Assembly (NCBI RefSeq): GCF_006345805.1
Contig: NC_043006.1
Location: 103,912,001 to 103,976,000 of the forward strand
DNA from: Octopus sinensis
Lineage: Eukaryota
Length of the DNA: 64,000 bases
Reading direction: 5' to 3'
Part shown: piece after piece, positions 1 through 13,789 of the stretch
How the letters are laid out: each line of letters opens with the position of its first letter
Numbering within the stretch: position 1 is the stretch's first letter
The notes under the pieces: model-generated
What the model was told of the DNA's origin: nothing
What the model saw: the letters and a program-made list of their open reading frames with translations, nothing else
The model's database searches: none
Translations under genes and position numbers: made by a program

Positions 1-97
1 TTTATTATTCGTTTTATCCCTTGAATTCATTGTTTATATATATATAGGGAGAGTTTACGAAAAAATCAAGGAGAGAAACATACATATGTGTGTGTGT

Positions 98-350
98 GGA
101 GGTGCAATGGTCCAGTGGTTAGGGCATCGGACTCGCGGTCATAGGATCGCGGTTTCGATTCCCAGACCGGACGTTGTGAGTGTTTATTGAAGAAAAGCAC
201 CTAAAGTTCCACGAGGCAGGGGGTGCTGGCGATCCCTGCTGTACTCTTTTGCCGCAAGTTTCTCTCTTTTTCTGTTGGCCTGCTCGCTTAGCCAGCGGGC
301 TGGCGTCATTTTAAGGCTAAAACAATGAGAAGCGCATTGTGACCAGTGAT
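98..350 (+). mobile_element. tRNA-derived SINE, family A
   Basis: Pol III A box TGGTCCAGTGG (108-118) and B box GGTTTCGATTCC (151-162); related copies at about 3608-3776 (+) and 30535-30760 (+). Confidence 0.85.
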
Positions 351-361
351 ATATTTATATA

Positions 362-575
362 TTCTTTCGTTTATTCATTTACTTGTTTCAGTCAGTTGAC
401 TACAGCCATGCTGGGCCACCGCCTTTAGTCGCAGACGTCGACCCCAGGATTTCTTCGTTGTAAACCTTACTCTATCGGTCTCTTTTTGCCGAACTGCTAA
501 GTTAAGGGGACGTAAACACACCAACATGGGTTGTCAAACGATGGTGATGGGACAAACACAGACACGCAACACACA

Positions 576-631
<56 letters not shown>

Positions 632-728
632 GATGGGCTTCTTTTGGTTTCCATCAACCAAAGCCACTTACAAAGCTTTGGTCGGCCCGAGGCTATAGCA
701 GAAGACACTTGCCGAAGGTGCCACGCAT
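362..728 (-). mobile_element. SINE family B (CORE-like domain, internal (TG)n), 5'-truncated
   Basis: Reverse complement matches the full copy at 16806-17212, including the tail CATGGC..CAGTCAA.TGACTGAAACAAGTAAA. Confidence 0.8.
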
Positions 729-769
729 GTTTGTGGGTATATATATATATAAATGTATGTGTATATATA

Positions 770-1080
770 AAATACAAAATGGGACAAGAACGCAAAACAT
801 CCAAAGAAAATAGAAAAATACAGATACAAAAAACACAGACGGGTCATTCGAAGCCTTTAATCTTCAGTCAAGAACAAGATCATCCTCGCAATTCCGGCTG
901 ATTAATCTTGAGATTGCTCCAATCTGGCCAGCCCCAAGGAAAAACTAAGCTAAGAGCATTAGATTCCTCGGAAAAAAGATCGAATGTGTACGAAACAAGG
1001 ACAGAAAAACGGACGATGTTACACGAATATAAATACCAAAATAAAAATAATAAATAATACGAATATAAATACAAATAAAC
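770..1080. mobile_element. Interspersed repeat between (TA)n and (AAT)n, possibly Penelope-like terminal repeat
   Basis: A clearly homologous copy lies in the opposite orientation at about 33745-34035; no ORF. Confidence 0.6.
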
Positions 1081-1157
<77 letters not shown>

Positions 1158-1688
1158 TGTTGATAGCAGGACACAACAACAGGCGTCTTTCGACCAGAGA
1201 CGAATTGAACTCAGCTGGCGTATTGAGTGGACAAACGGTGTTGGTTTGTGTACGTCTTCGTAACTTTGCGGTTCGGCAATAGAGGCAGATAGAATAAATA
1301 CCATAAAAAATCAGTACTGGAGCCGATTCGTTCGACTCAAACGATTTAAGATGGTGCCCTAGAATGGCCGCAGTCCAATGAAAGAAACGAGCAAAAGAAA
1401 ATATCTATTAGCAGCAATTTGTCGGTCCTTTTTCTTCGTTGTTGTAATATTTACTGACTTTGTGTTAAAGCTAACTGTATATTAGACAAATGCTGCAACG
1501 GATGCAAACGAACGTCACCAATCATTTCTCATCGCAGCATACCAGCGTATTCAAGGTTTCCTCTCTCAGACCATTTCCAGTTCTGAGGGATTCGAATTAT
1601 TTTCCTGCTTTTCTATTGTATATGAACGCATGCAAACATTACACACTCAAACGAGGCATACTTATATATTTGTCAATCTCTCTCTATT

Positions 1689-1721
<33 letters not shown>

Positions 1722-2092
1722 TTCTCTCCCTCTCTCTCAAAATAACTACATCAACTATAATATATAACTATTTATAGACAAAGGCGTGTCTGTGTAGAAA
1801 GAAGTTTTGCTTCCGGTCACATGATTCCAGGTTCAGTCCTACTGCATGTCACCTTGAGCCGGTATTTTCTACTAAAGCCCCTGACCAGAAAAAAAGCCCA
1901 CCGTGGAACGACGCATGCGCTTTTCTCGGATTTTTTTTTTCTTGTTCTGGACCTTTTCCTCTTTTTGACAAAGAACAATGCTCGAGTTATCACACCCCAC
2001 TCTTTTTATTCCATCTTTAACTTTCTCTCAGTGTCAATCTAGGACGTTCACTGTGTAAGTTCTTTTCACATTTTGCCTGCTTTTATTTTTGA

Positions 2093-2498
2093 CTAGCAGC
2101 ATAGCCCGACGTTGCCCGGGTATGTAAGAGCCCCTAGTAGGCAACGACTAATCCCAATCTAGTTCTTTCCCTCTAGGGAACGAAGGCGCATGTGTAGGTT
2201 GCAATGTCTTCTCTTCACTCGAATACTTCTATGTATACGATGTTCCTACTGTCTCCCGACAGAAAATGTGTGTAAAAAAAAAAAGCTTAGATTCTCGACC
2301 CCATGTCGAATTTATCGATTTTTTCAGAACTGGGGGAACTTTTCAAAATTTTCGCTGCGTTAGTTTTGAATTATGACATTGGGCTAGGTGTGTCAAGTTT
2401 TCATCAGAATTGGTTGAAAGCCGTGGTCAGGGTGAGGGTACAACCTGACAGCCACACAGACACACAGACAGACAAACTGCCGTTTATATATAGAGAGA
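2093..2498 (-). mobile_element. Non-autonomous Helitron
   Basis: On the minus strand it starts A|TCTCTCTATATATAAA and ends with the hairpin CCCGGGCAACGTCGGG followed by CTAG|T; no TSD. Confidence 0.85.
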
Positions 2499-2949
2499 TT
2501 TAGCCATACATGAATGGGTGTCTGTGTACCAAAGTCTATATCAAAGTCAAACTTGTTTCAAATCTAAGCACAGGCATTTCATGACGTGTGAAATAAACAA
2601 TCCACGCTTATAACGCCGGTTTCCCGAATTCTGTGACATACATTCTCTCCTCCGTGACAGGACGCCAATCCGTCGCGGAATTATTCATTTTTACCAGATG
2701 AGTTGTCCAGAGCAATTTGAAATGAAGTGTTTCGCTCAAGAGCACAACGCAACGCCCGAGAACGTAGAATTTTCGGATCATCAGAGCGACACAAGACATC
2801 TAGGTGGCAGCACTGCATTACCTATTGCCTTTATCCACTGTCTTATGAGAAACAGACAGACAGAGACATGTGCAAACTAATATAGATGTCTCTAGAAAAG
2901 ATTACAATGGATAATAACAACAAACTACGTAAGATTAACGCGCAACAGC

Positions 2950-3480
2950 TTGTTTATAGAACACACCTATGGATTACGAAACAAAAACACTGAAAATATA
3001 AAACTACCGGATCAGAAGAGAACAGATTGTAGCTCTCGACCGTCAATCTCTGAGAGTCTCTGCTATGAAAACAACCCCCTCCAAACTCCCAGGCACATTC
3101 ACAACACCTTCGAATATTACAAAAACAATATCCCAAACACACTAAATGTCCAACTCAATTTAAACAAACAAAACCTCTCTCTGTCCATACGCACAGAAGC
3201 AGTCACATCATTTATACCATACTGGTCCCCAACACTGTTCGGGGATACATACCACCATCAACAAATACAGATAATTAGCAACAGAAAAGGGAATTTTCTT
3301 ATACCCTAAGTCCATTTTGCTGTTCTGTTCCGTGGCTACCAAAAAAATCTACGACCATACTGTAATACACTTGATACTGGAGAGAGAACAATATATTCAG
3401 AATGTCGGGTTACTCCTCAATACGATTTAGCACAGCATGCTGGAAAGCGAAGTGGTGCCCCAGGTTGGATGGGTTGAGAG
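2950..3480 (+). mobile_element. Possible highly decayed non-LTR (Jockey/L2-like) ORF2 fragment
   Basis: A/C-rich; translation contains PYWSP...QIQII, reminiscent of the post-RT WSP motif. Weak evidence. Confidence 0.3.
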
Positions 3481-4167
3481 TATTACTGGGGAAGGGTTCT
3501 GGGAATAATCGCATCGCGTCTTTCGGCCAAGTGCGTAACATTTGAGTACTGCCTGTTCAAAGATGACCAGAAGCTACACCTCAACAACAAGAACAACAGC
3601 AGCAGTGGAGGCTCAATGTCCCAGTGGTTAGGGCAGCGGACTCGCGGTCGTAAGAACGCGGTTTCAATTCCCAGACCGGGCATTGTGAGTGTTTATTGAG
3701 CAAAAACACCAAAACTCCACGAGCCTCGGCGGGGAGCGGTGGTGAACCCCGCTGTACTCTTTCACCACAACTTTCTCGAATGAGTCCTGATTGGAAGAAG
3801 AAGAAGACAACAACAGCAGCCGCAACATCATCATCAACCCCTTGAAGTTAATAAATAGTTCCAGTATTATTCTGTTATTGGGATCAACTAACAACATAGA
3901 TTCAGTGCTGCAGTAAAAATCTCATGTTGCTGGTGTTATTATTAAAGTAGGGAGAATGTGTGATGGGATCCGAGGTATTTGCTTAGTTGGTTGAGAAATG
4001 AAAATGGTTTCGAATCACAGAAGGGAAACCGTATACAAATACAAGCTTACTACATTTTTGCCGGTAATATCCTTGTTCTGGCATGAACATCACAACTACT
4101 CATTTCAAACTGCAAAAACATAGCATATTACTATCGTCAAAAAGTTTTAAAAAGGAAAAAAGAAAAA

Positions 4168-4541
4168 TCTCTCTATATATAAAGCTGAAGTTGTCTGTGT
4201 ATGGCAGGTTTGGTAGCCTTCAACTAACATTATCTCCTCTGAGACCCTGCGCCACAAGTTGACCAAAATCGAGAGTATGATAGAAGAAGGCTTGCTCTTC
4301 CTTCCGTAGAAGAAAAAATTCAAATCGAACCATGTTAACCCCAAAAATTATTTACATCTATGAAAATCCCTATTTTTTAATGATTTTTTGATTGCTGTGT
4401 CGCCATTTTCGGTGTATTTCAACCAGAAAAATGTCCACTTAAAGAGAATAACAAGCTACATAATGCAAAATTTTTACTTTTCAAAAATTCCAATTCTAAA
4501 CGGTCGAAACAAACCCGAGCAGCACCGGGCGATACTGCTAG
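4168..4541 (+). mobile_element. Non-autonomous Helitron
   Basis: A|TCTCTCTATATATAAAG start; 3' hairpin CCCGAGCAGCACCGGG then CTAG|T; same family as 45092-45538. Confidence 0.85.
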
Positions 4542-5061
4542 TTACAAATAAAACTATATCGTCATTCGACCTGCTAGAAATATCAACTAAATCTCTCTGG
4601 AATTAGACCCTACTCTGATGTCATGAAATTAGAAAGTAAAAATTGTTGAAGATAAAGAAAGAAATGAAGAAAGAAAGAAGGAAAGAAAGAAAGAAAGAAG
4701 GAAAGAAAGGAAGGAAGAAAAATAGAAAAAGACATGATGATCACGACTGTAATATTTTCGATCACAGTTCTACGCCATCATGGCTGACAAATTTATGCAG
4801 CAGGAACAATAACAACAGCAACAGCAGCAACAACAACAACAAGCGGAAAGAAAAGCAAAAAAAAAACTGGTTGTATAAATGTCGATGTTATTGTCTCCAG
4901 TTCAAACACAGACTTGTGTGTTTTTGTTGTTGTTAGATAAATAATGTTGTTGTGATTGTTGTTGTTGCTGCGGCTGTTGTTATTTTGAGCGTTGCATGTA
5001 AAATGCTGAAGTGCAAATGTTGCACTTTAAAATCGCTGCTAAATCTCTTGAAACATTTGTA

Positions 5062-5124
5062 TAGAAAGAAAGAAAGGGAGAAAGAGAGAAAGAAAGAGAG
5101 AGAGAGAGAAAGAGAGAAAGAAAG

Positions 5125-5181
<57 letters not shown>

Positions 5182-5828
5182 AAGAGAGAAAGAAAGAGAA
5201 AGAAAGAGAGAGAGAGAGAGAGAAAGAGAGAAAGAAAGAGAAAGAAAGAAAGAAAGAAATAAAGAAAGAAAGAGAGAGAAAGAGAGAAAGAAAGAGAAAG
5301 AAAGAGAGAGAGAGAGAGAGAAAGAGAGAAAGAAAGAGAAAGAAGAAAGAAAGAAAGAAAGAAAGAAAGAGAGAAAGAGAGAAGAAAGAAAGAAAGAGAG
5401 AGAGAGAAAGAGAGAAAGAAAGAGAGAAAGAAAGAGAGAAAGAAAGAAAGAATAAAGAAAGAAAGAGAGAAAGAAAGAAAGAAAGAGAGAGAGAGAAAGA
5501 AAGACAAAGAGAGAAAGAGAGAAAGAAAGAAACAAATGAAGAAGGAAAGAAGGAAAGAAAGAAAGATAAAGAAAGAAAGAAATGAAGAAAGTAAGAAGGA
5601 AAGAAAGATAAAGAAAAAAACAAACAAACAAGCAAAAAAAGAAATGAAGAAAGAAAGAAGGAAAGAAAGAAAGTAAAGAAAGAAAGAAATGAAGAAAGTA
5701 AGAACGAAAGAAAGATAAAGAAAAAAGAAACAAAGAAACAAACAAACAAAGAAATGAAGAAAGAAAAAAAGAAAGAGAGAGAGAGAGAGAGAAAGACAGA
5801 AAGAAAGAAATGAAGAAAAGGAAGAACG
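5062..5828 (+). repeat. Long compound polypurine (GA)n/(GAAA)n tract
   Basis: About 770 bp almost purely A/G on the plus strand; the source of the spurious 167-369 aa ORFs. Confidence 0.95.
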
Positions 5829-6380
5829 ACCAATTGTGGATAGCTTTCAGAAGAACACTCGACCCATTTATCACCAACTGGATGCTCTTGTTGCACTTTC
5901 TCTTATCAATTCCGTTGCACTCTGCATTGTTGTTGCTGCTATTGCCGATACTACTACTACTACTGCTACTACTACTACTACTACTGCAATAGTGATGCTC
6001 TTTTTGTTCTTTTCTTCTAGCTGCATGTATTACAACTGTCACTGTGTCACTTCACAAAGAGAAGAAGAATAGTTACTCAAACTCACACTCGAATACATTA
6101 TTGTTGAGTTGCTCTCACACGAGTGTAAAGGTTCCCTCACACTAAAAGACACAGTTGCCAGCTGCGATGGATAAAATGCCTAACGGCATTTTTATTTGGC
6201 AATTTACGTTCTACGTTCGAATTCCGACGCGATTCACTTTGACTTTCATCTTTTCGGTGTCGATAAAATAAGTACGAGCAAACGCACTGGTTGCAGATCA
6301 ATGTAATCGACATGCCCCTTCCTTTGAAAATTGCTGGCCTTGTTCCAAACTTAGAAACAATTATTATGATTATCATTATT

Positions 6381-7245
6381 ACATATTTGCCTGTTGCTTT
6401 GTATTTGTACAGGTTGACTCCAAGTCTCACCCACAGACCTCAAGAGATAACAAGTTAGAAGTTTAAGTTGATATTAAACTAGGGTGCCATATATTTGGTT
6501 TTACACCGAGTATTCTTCAAGAGAATATCTCCCAAAACATAAGCAAATTTGTACAAGTTGAATCCAAGTCTCACCCACAGACCTCTGTTTACGGTTTTAC
6601 GGTTTCTTTGGCGTATAGGTTCCCCACCTGGACGGGACGCTGGTCCGTCGCAGGTGAGGTACAAGATGCAGGAAGGAGTGAGAGAAAGTTGTCGCGAAAG
6701 AGTCAACAGAAGTTCGCCATTACCTTCTGCCGGAGCTGCGTGGAGCTTAGGTGTTTCGCTCATAAACACACACATAGCCCGATCTGAGATTCGAACCCGT
6801 GATCCCTCGACCGCGAGTCCGCTGCCTTAACCACTAGGCCATGTGCCTCCACACCAACAGACCTCAAGAGAGAACAAGTTAGAAGTTTAAGTTGATATTA
6901 TGACTAGGGTGCCATATATTTGGTTTTGCACCGAGTATTGTTCATGAGAATATCTCCCAAAACATTTGATTATGAGATGATAGTGTCTGTCCTGTTAAGA
7001 TGTCAGTAAAAGGTGTTTGCTATTATGCACATTTACAAGTTTGTTAACATTCTTTACAGATTAAAATGTTTTGGGGATTATATGGACAATATTTTACGTA
7101 GGATATGAGAAGTTCCCATGAACACTATTTATTGAATTTCTTCCATTTTTAGATTTCCTGGTATCTGAGCGAGGTAGCAATCAGCCCCTTTTGCTATCAT
7201 TCCTAGGACACCTATGATGACAGATATTGTTTTAGATTTTGGCTC
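6381..7245 (-). mobile_element. 3' end of an R4/Dong-like (restriction-like endonuclease) non-LTR retrotransposon with tandemly duplicated 3' UTR
   Basis: Minus-strand translation KTISVIIGVLGMIAKGADCYLAQIPGNLKMEEIQ*..FMGTSHILRKILSI* fits the RLE C-terminus (IGALG...LxGTAHILRK). The 3' end abuts TAA-type repeats. A UTR block of about 150 bp is repeated (about 6430-6540 and 6855-6965). Confidence 0.75.
6586..6851 (-). mobile_element. tRNA-derived SINE (family A head, different tail) nested in the Dong-like UTR
   Basis: A box TGGCCTAGTGG, B box GGTTCGAATCT; 14-bp TSD CACCCACAGACCTC (6572-6585) / CACCAACAGACCTC (6852-6865). Confidence 0.85.
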
Positions 7246-7474
7246 CCGTGGCTTTTATGGGTTTTTCCAAGAGTAACCTTTCCAAGCGCCTCCCCCCATT
7301 GGGAGTTTTAATTGTTACATATTTTCGTTGTTATTTCACATTTTTTACACGGACTTTTTTTCAAACGGACAAAACCCTTTTTGTAACTTTCGTGCTGTAT
7401 TTGTCCCTACATGTTTTAATTGATTTTGTTAGCCCTTGTGGCCAATAAACCAGAATTTATTATTATTATTATTA

Positions 7475-7509
<35 letters not shown>

Positions 7510-7530
7510 TATTATTATTATTATTACTAT

Positions 7531-8098
7531 TAATGAGTGAAGGAGCAGCGCATGACATCCAAGTGACACAGGGATACAAATATACGAAGCCCAAAATATC
7601 CATCATGACTGCCCGTCTGATAAGGGTACACCACGCACATGCATTACAACCATATGTGCGCGATATGGTGATCCCATATCAAGATAAACAGCGCATGACC
7701 TTGTAGGTCGGGCTCAGTTAGAATTTTTCTTCAGGTCGAGTAGCCCATCTCACTCAAAAGGTCCCTGAATAAGGATTGTTTAAAGATGATGAATGAAACA
7801 CCCATGTTTTCAGAGGTGGATTATTCAAACCCCAAAGAATCCCTCTCAACACATGGATACGATGCTCCCCCACTACTTCTGCTCGTGATCAGAGTTGCAC
7901 ATATCGTTAACCACTAAGGGTCATACTGAACTGGTTAAGATCAAAGAACTGAGAAGCAAATCTGTGGTATTGAGCAAGAATATTAGCTGCAGTCCATCCT
8001 TTATACCAAGACAAAACATTGTACATGATAACGTTTCCAATCAGTTAAGGTCAATAGCCATGACATTCAGTACCTGGTATTGAATCAGGGCATTTATT
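7531..8098 (-). mobile_element. About 550-bp non-coding (TAA)n-inserted retroposon, family D
   Basis: Homologous to 11271-11812 and 60171-60624; flanked by TTA-type repeats. Confidence 0.8.
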
Positions 8099-8747
8099 AT
8101 TGTTGTTTTTGTTGTTGTTATTATTATCATTTTGTCTGTCTTTACATTCTGAATTCAAATTCCACTGAGGTCGACTTTGCCTTTCATCCATCCGGGGTCG
8201 ATAAATTAAGTACCACTTGAGTACTGGGGTCGATGTAATCGACTAGCCCCCTTCCCGAAAATTTCCAGCCTTGTGCCTAGAGTAGAAAAGAATATATTTA
8301 TCCGTCATGAAATATTCGATATATAAATAATTTCTTCGTAATCTATTTACCGTGTATTGTAGTTAAACTGTAAAATTTGTGAACCAACTGTACGTTTTCT
8401 AACGGAACTTCCATAAGTTTCCTATTCGGGTAAGTGGTATTTGTAATCCACTGTTTAGTTTCGAAAGTTCTTCTTGTATTTTGTGGCTTTGGTGATTTTA
8501 CAATTTCAGGGTACACCATTTTGAATTTCAGTGACGGTTCGTTATTTTCACTTTATTTATTTTTTTTTTGTCTGCTGTATTCATATTTTTGGTAATTCTA
8601 GGTTTATAGCAGCTCAGTATATGATTAGGCAATGTGAAAAATAAATTCTTTGACATAATTCGTTATGTGATGCCAACGATATATATTGTATTTTGGTAAA
8701 TTCAAAAAAAAAAAAATAATAACGTTTTCCACGTCTGTGTTTTGTTG

Positions 8748-8948
8748 TATTCTTTTACTTGTTTCAGTCAATTGACTGCGGCCATGCTGGAGCACCGCCG
8801 TTAGTCGGGCAAATCGCCCTCAGGACTTAATCTTTGGAAGCCTGGTACTTATTCTATCGGTCTCTTTTCCCGAACCGCTAGGTTACATAAACACACCACC
8901 ATCGGTTGTCAAGCGATGTTGGGCGGACAAACACAGATACACAAACAT

Positions 8949-9007
<59 letters not shown>

Positions 9008-9146
9008 CGATGGTCTTCTTTCAGTTTCTGACTACCAAATCCACTCACAAGGCTTTGGTCGGCCCAAGGTGCCATGCAGTGGGAATGAACCCGAAACCAT
9101 GTGGTTGGTAAGCAATCTACTTACCACACAGCCACTCCAGCGCCTA
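8748..9146 (-). mobile_element. SINE family B
   Basis: Reverse complement of the 16806-17212 type, with tRNA-like head and (TG)n interior. Confidence 0.85.
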
Positions 9147-9534
9147 TGTATTTTATTATTATTATTATTATTATTTTGTGTACATATCCTGCTGAGCTAT
9201 ATAGTAAAAATCCATTTAAAATTGTTCACGTAATCCGTTTTATACACTAAAATGCGTTTCAAGACTAATTTTGTGTATTTTTTTTTTGAGGCCTAACTTC
9301 CTTTTTGTAATCTTGAAAAATTCCAGTTCGTGCTTTTCTTAAATGTCACACTTTCTTTTAATATATCATACTTCAAATGTTAATCAACTTGATAATCTTT
9401 CCGAACGCCACCTCTTGGTAACATTCCATCATACACTTTTGTAAATACACACGCTTCCATACATATAAGTGTATTTGTGTGTGTGTGTGTGTGTGTGTGT
9501 GCATATGCATGTGTGTGTTTGTATACACACAAAC

Positions 9535-9570
<36 letters not shown>

Positions 9571-11165
9571 AGATAGATGGATTACATTCCTCTAATGTGA
9601 TTATGTATTCCATTCCGTATTCTTTGGTGTTCAATTCTTACACATTATTTTGATTACGGTACTCTTATAATCCTCTTTAATCTGTTCCCTAGCCTCGTGG
9701 TAGTGAGGTCAATTTGAACTTTTACGCTGTTCATCTGTTATGTAAGTGTCAAATAATATTTTTGCATTCATATAGGCTTTTTAAAAAAAATTTCCCGGTA
9801 TGAAAATCCACTTCGTAATAACATCCTAATCCAAGCGATGACTTTCATTGTACTCCCGCCGAAAAAACATAATGTTCTCATTATCACAGTTCACAGTTCA
9901 AAACTAAACATGTGACTTATCCACTGTGTCGAGTCAGATGCTATCATATTTTACAAACAGTATTTATTATCAATAAATACTGTAAAATTACGTAAACTCA
10001 GTTAATAATCCGATAGTAATAATGCAGTTATTAAGCTGACAGAGATAACTTGGAATAAATATATATTTTCTGTGAATTTAAGTGAATCCTTCCTTACAGG
10101 TAAATTCTGTATTGTAAATTATTATAATTATTTCGACAAACAAATATCTCACGCCTTTGTAATATTTTTAATTCGCTGTTTCACAATTTGATTCAAGAGT
10201 TGAAGAGAAACATGAGCTGTCGAATTTGTCATACAGTTACGATTTGTATCACTGGGATACAGACGCGCTAAGTGAAAATGTCTGCACTTGATATTGTCAA
10301 AATAAAATGCATAAGTGAAATAAATACACAGAGTGAGTAATTTTACCCCGAATTATAGACGAACTGCATCTTATATGATACGTATTTGCAACAAAATAAA
10401 GTATATTTAACGTTGTATTTTACACATTTCACTTGTTTAATTCAAGGAACAAAGACTGCATTTAATTATGATCCTTATCAGTGCCTCCGGGACGTGTAGA
10501 TGTAGGTAGAAAAACGAAAGATTTTTTTTTCAGAAAGGAGGCCTAGCCGGACCACTTGCTACAAAGAGAATTCTGTTAATGACAACCATAGGTTAAATGA
10601 GATGCAGGTGTTAAACTGGGTGATAGATTAAATCTATTACAATAGCTCCGTAGATCTACTAATAGACTCAGAAATTCGTCAGCGGAATTGTAATTCTACC
10701 TCAAAACAAGCCTTTTTAAAAGTATTTGTGTCTCTGCTTAGAAATAAATGAATAAAGTTATTGTTTCATAATTTCTGTGGAAATTACCTGCACGATTCGA
10801 TTCCAAATACTTATCAGAATTAAGAAACGATTTATGTGCCAACAACTGAGCAATCTTCATTCAGTTTGCAAGAAATAGCAGTCAAATCCCACTTCTTTCA
10901 TACCGCCTTTACAAAAGACCACAGTGATCCTTGTAGGCCTAGATAACTGGATAAAAGATTGTTCGGATAGGTACCATCGAAATGCCGCTGATCAGGAATC
11001 TGCTGGATTAAGGACGTACGATCGAATAGCAGCAGTAACAGCAACATGAAATGATTTATACATGATTGCGTAGGACATCACGAAATTTAAGGTATAACGA
11101 TAATAATAATCATAATAATAATAATAATAATAATAATAATATAATAATATGAATAATAATATTAA

Positions 11166-11237
<72 letters not shown>

Positions 11238-11270
11238 TAATAATAATAGTAATAATAATAATAATAATAG

Positions 11271-11812
11271 TAAATGCCCTGATGTAGTACCAGGCAGTGG
11301 TTCTCGTGGCTTCTGATCTTAACTGACTGGAAGTGTTATCATGTACATTGTTTTGTCTTGGTATAAAAGATGGGCTACAGCAAATATTCTGCTCAATACC
11401 ACAGATTTGCTTGTCAGTTGTTTGACCTTAACCAGTTGAGCATGTCCCTTAGTGGCTGACGATATGTGCATCTCTGATCACGAGCAGAAGTAGTTGGGGA
11501 GCATCATAGCCATGTGTTGAGAAGGATTCTTTGGGGTTTGAATAATTCACCTCTGGAAACATGGGTGTTTCGTTCAACGTCCTTAAACAACCCTTATTCA
11601 GGGACCTTTTGAGCGGGATGGGTTACTCGATCTGAAGAAAATTCTAACTGGGCTCCACCTGCAAGGTCATGTGCTGTTTATCTTGATATGAGATCACCAT
11701 GTGGCGCACATATGGTTGTGATGCGTGTGCCTAGTGTACCCTTGTCAGACGGGTAGTCATGATGGGTATACTGGGCTTCGTTTATTTTACTCCAGTGTCA
11801 CTGCTCTCTCAC
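11271..11812 (+). mobile_element. Family D retroposon, near full length
   Basis: Embedded in (TAA)n on both sides; reverse complement of 7531-8098. Confidence 0.8.
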
Positions 11813-11839
11813 ACAATAATAATAATAATAATAATAATA

Positions 11840-12825
11840 CTTTCTATTATAGGCACAAGGCTTGAAATTGGGGGGAGGAGGTTTGTCGATTACATCTTGC
11901 CAGTGTTTCACTCGTACTTGATTCATCGACCCCGAAAGGATGACCTAACTACAAAGTTGACCTCGACGGTATTTGAACCCAGAACGTAAAGATGGACGAA
12001 ATGCCGCCAAGAATTTTACCCAGCATGCAAAATACTTAGCAGCAGCATTTTGATGAAATAAGTACTAGTTGCTCATTGAAGTTGATGTAATCGAGTAGCT
12101 CTGACCACAGCCGAAATTTCAGGCACTGCGTCTGTAGTACAAAATACCATCATCATCATCATCATCATCATTAAAGCGGCGAGCTGGCAGAATCGTTAGC
12201 ACGCCGGGCGAAATGTTTAGGAGCATTTCGTCGAATTCTACCGAGTTCGATTTTGCCTTTTATCCTTTTGGTGTCGATAAATTGAATACCAGTGAGACAG
12301 GGGATTCCAAGTAATTGTGTAGTCTCCACTAAAAAAAAAAAATCAGGCCTTGAGCCTTTAGAAGAAAGGATAATGGGTGAGGTGGCAGAATCGTTAGCAC
12401 GTCGGGGTAAGTGCCTAACATTTCATCCGTCTCTACATTCTGAGTTCAAATTCCGCCGGAGTCGATAAAATAAGTACCAGTTGAACCCCGGGGTTGACTT
12501 ACTAGACCCAGCCTCTTTCCCAAATTTGGTGACTCTGCGCCAAATTTGGAAACCACTATTATTATTATTATTAATTATTATTATTATTATTTTATTATTA
12601 TTATTATTATTATTATCATCATCATCATCATCAATGCAGCAAGCTGGACGAAATCCTTAGTGGTATTTCGCCCGTCGCTACGTTCTGAGTTCAAATTCCA
12701 CCGAGGTCTACTTTGCCTATCATCCTTTCGGGTTCTATAAATTAAGTACCAGTGAAACCTGGAGTCGATGTAATCGACATATCCCCTCCCCACAAAATGG
12801 CTGCCATTGTGGTAAAATTTGAAAC
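11840..12825. mobile_element. Cluster of SINE family C copies in both orientations
   Basis: Repeated head GGCGAGCTGGCAGAATCGTTAGCACGCCGGGCGAAATG and domain GCCTTTCATCCTTTCGGGGTCGATAAA..AGTACC. Confidence 0.8.
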
Positions 12826-13789
12826 CATTATTATAAATATTATTATTTAGATGTGTAGAGTAATCAATGAAAAGAGAAAGGACTATGTCTACGATGGTCG
12901 GGTTTCGTATTCTATTGACGAAACTACATAGATTTAGCATACCGGCTGGTTTAACGCCACCACTAGCTAATTGGATTAATTTTAGGCCTTTTGCAGAGTC
13001 CAGTCGATTGGAAAATATACGGACCAGGTTTCCAGAGTGCGGACAACTCAAAATCTTCAAGTAGTACATAGTAATAATGTATAAGACACAGTTTGCTCTG
13101 GAATCCCATGCAAAGGATAACGGGTGCTGATCTTCCACCTCCGGTGAAAGCGTACACATTTACTCTGCAAACTTTTATGATACTGAATATCTGAAGCAGC
13201 TACTGCTTTACTATATTTACGTTATATCTAATGTATTCTGTTCAACCCTTCGCACTATAACGCTTTATAAGTGTTCTTTATACATTTCATAATGCCACTG
13301 GGTTATGTTTAAGTACGAAAAGAACACACACACACATATCATGATTATTTCCACATATGTACACAAGCATATATCTCGTAGAATATAATAGAGACATTTT
13401 CCAAGAGAGGAAATAAAATACTTGGAACTATGACCGATATGCTAACAAGAAATCTGAAATTTCTATACAATGTTCTATACCATATATATATGTGTGTTGG
13501 GGGAGGTATACTATAAAAAAAGAACAAGATAAAAGGAAGTAAAAAAAACACAACATGAGAGAGCATTTATTGTAATAGTAAATGCCAATAGATCAATACT
13601 TACATATTCCTTTTTTCGTTTTTGAGGGTTTTGTACTTTCCGAGCGCCTCTGGCTTGTCTGAAAGAATGAATATGGAAAATATAAGAAAATAAGTCAAAT
13701 AAAAGATAGAGTTTAAGATGGAGGTCTTGAGAGATATATGTTTGAATTGGTGCTTTCTTATGTTATGTAAATGAGATGAAAATCAAGAG

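Noticed and set aside
98-170. tRNA gene
   Set aside because: A and B boxes are present, but there is no acceptor stem and it continues into a SINE body with multiple copies.
4933-6042. Long ORFs of 167-369 aa (F/L/S-rich or K/E/R-rich)
   Set aside because: They are translations of the (GA/GAAA)n tract, which lacks stop codons by composition.
10534-10630. Possible plus-strand exon after TTTTTTTTCAG
   Set aside because: Only weak donor candidates and no recognisable peptide.
12850-13170. Unique-looking sequence with overlapping ORFs
   Set aside because: No recognisable motif and weak splice signals; the 190-aa ORF runs into a SINE and a microsatellite.
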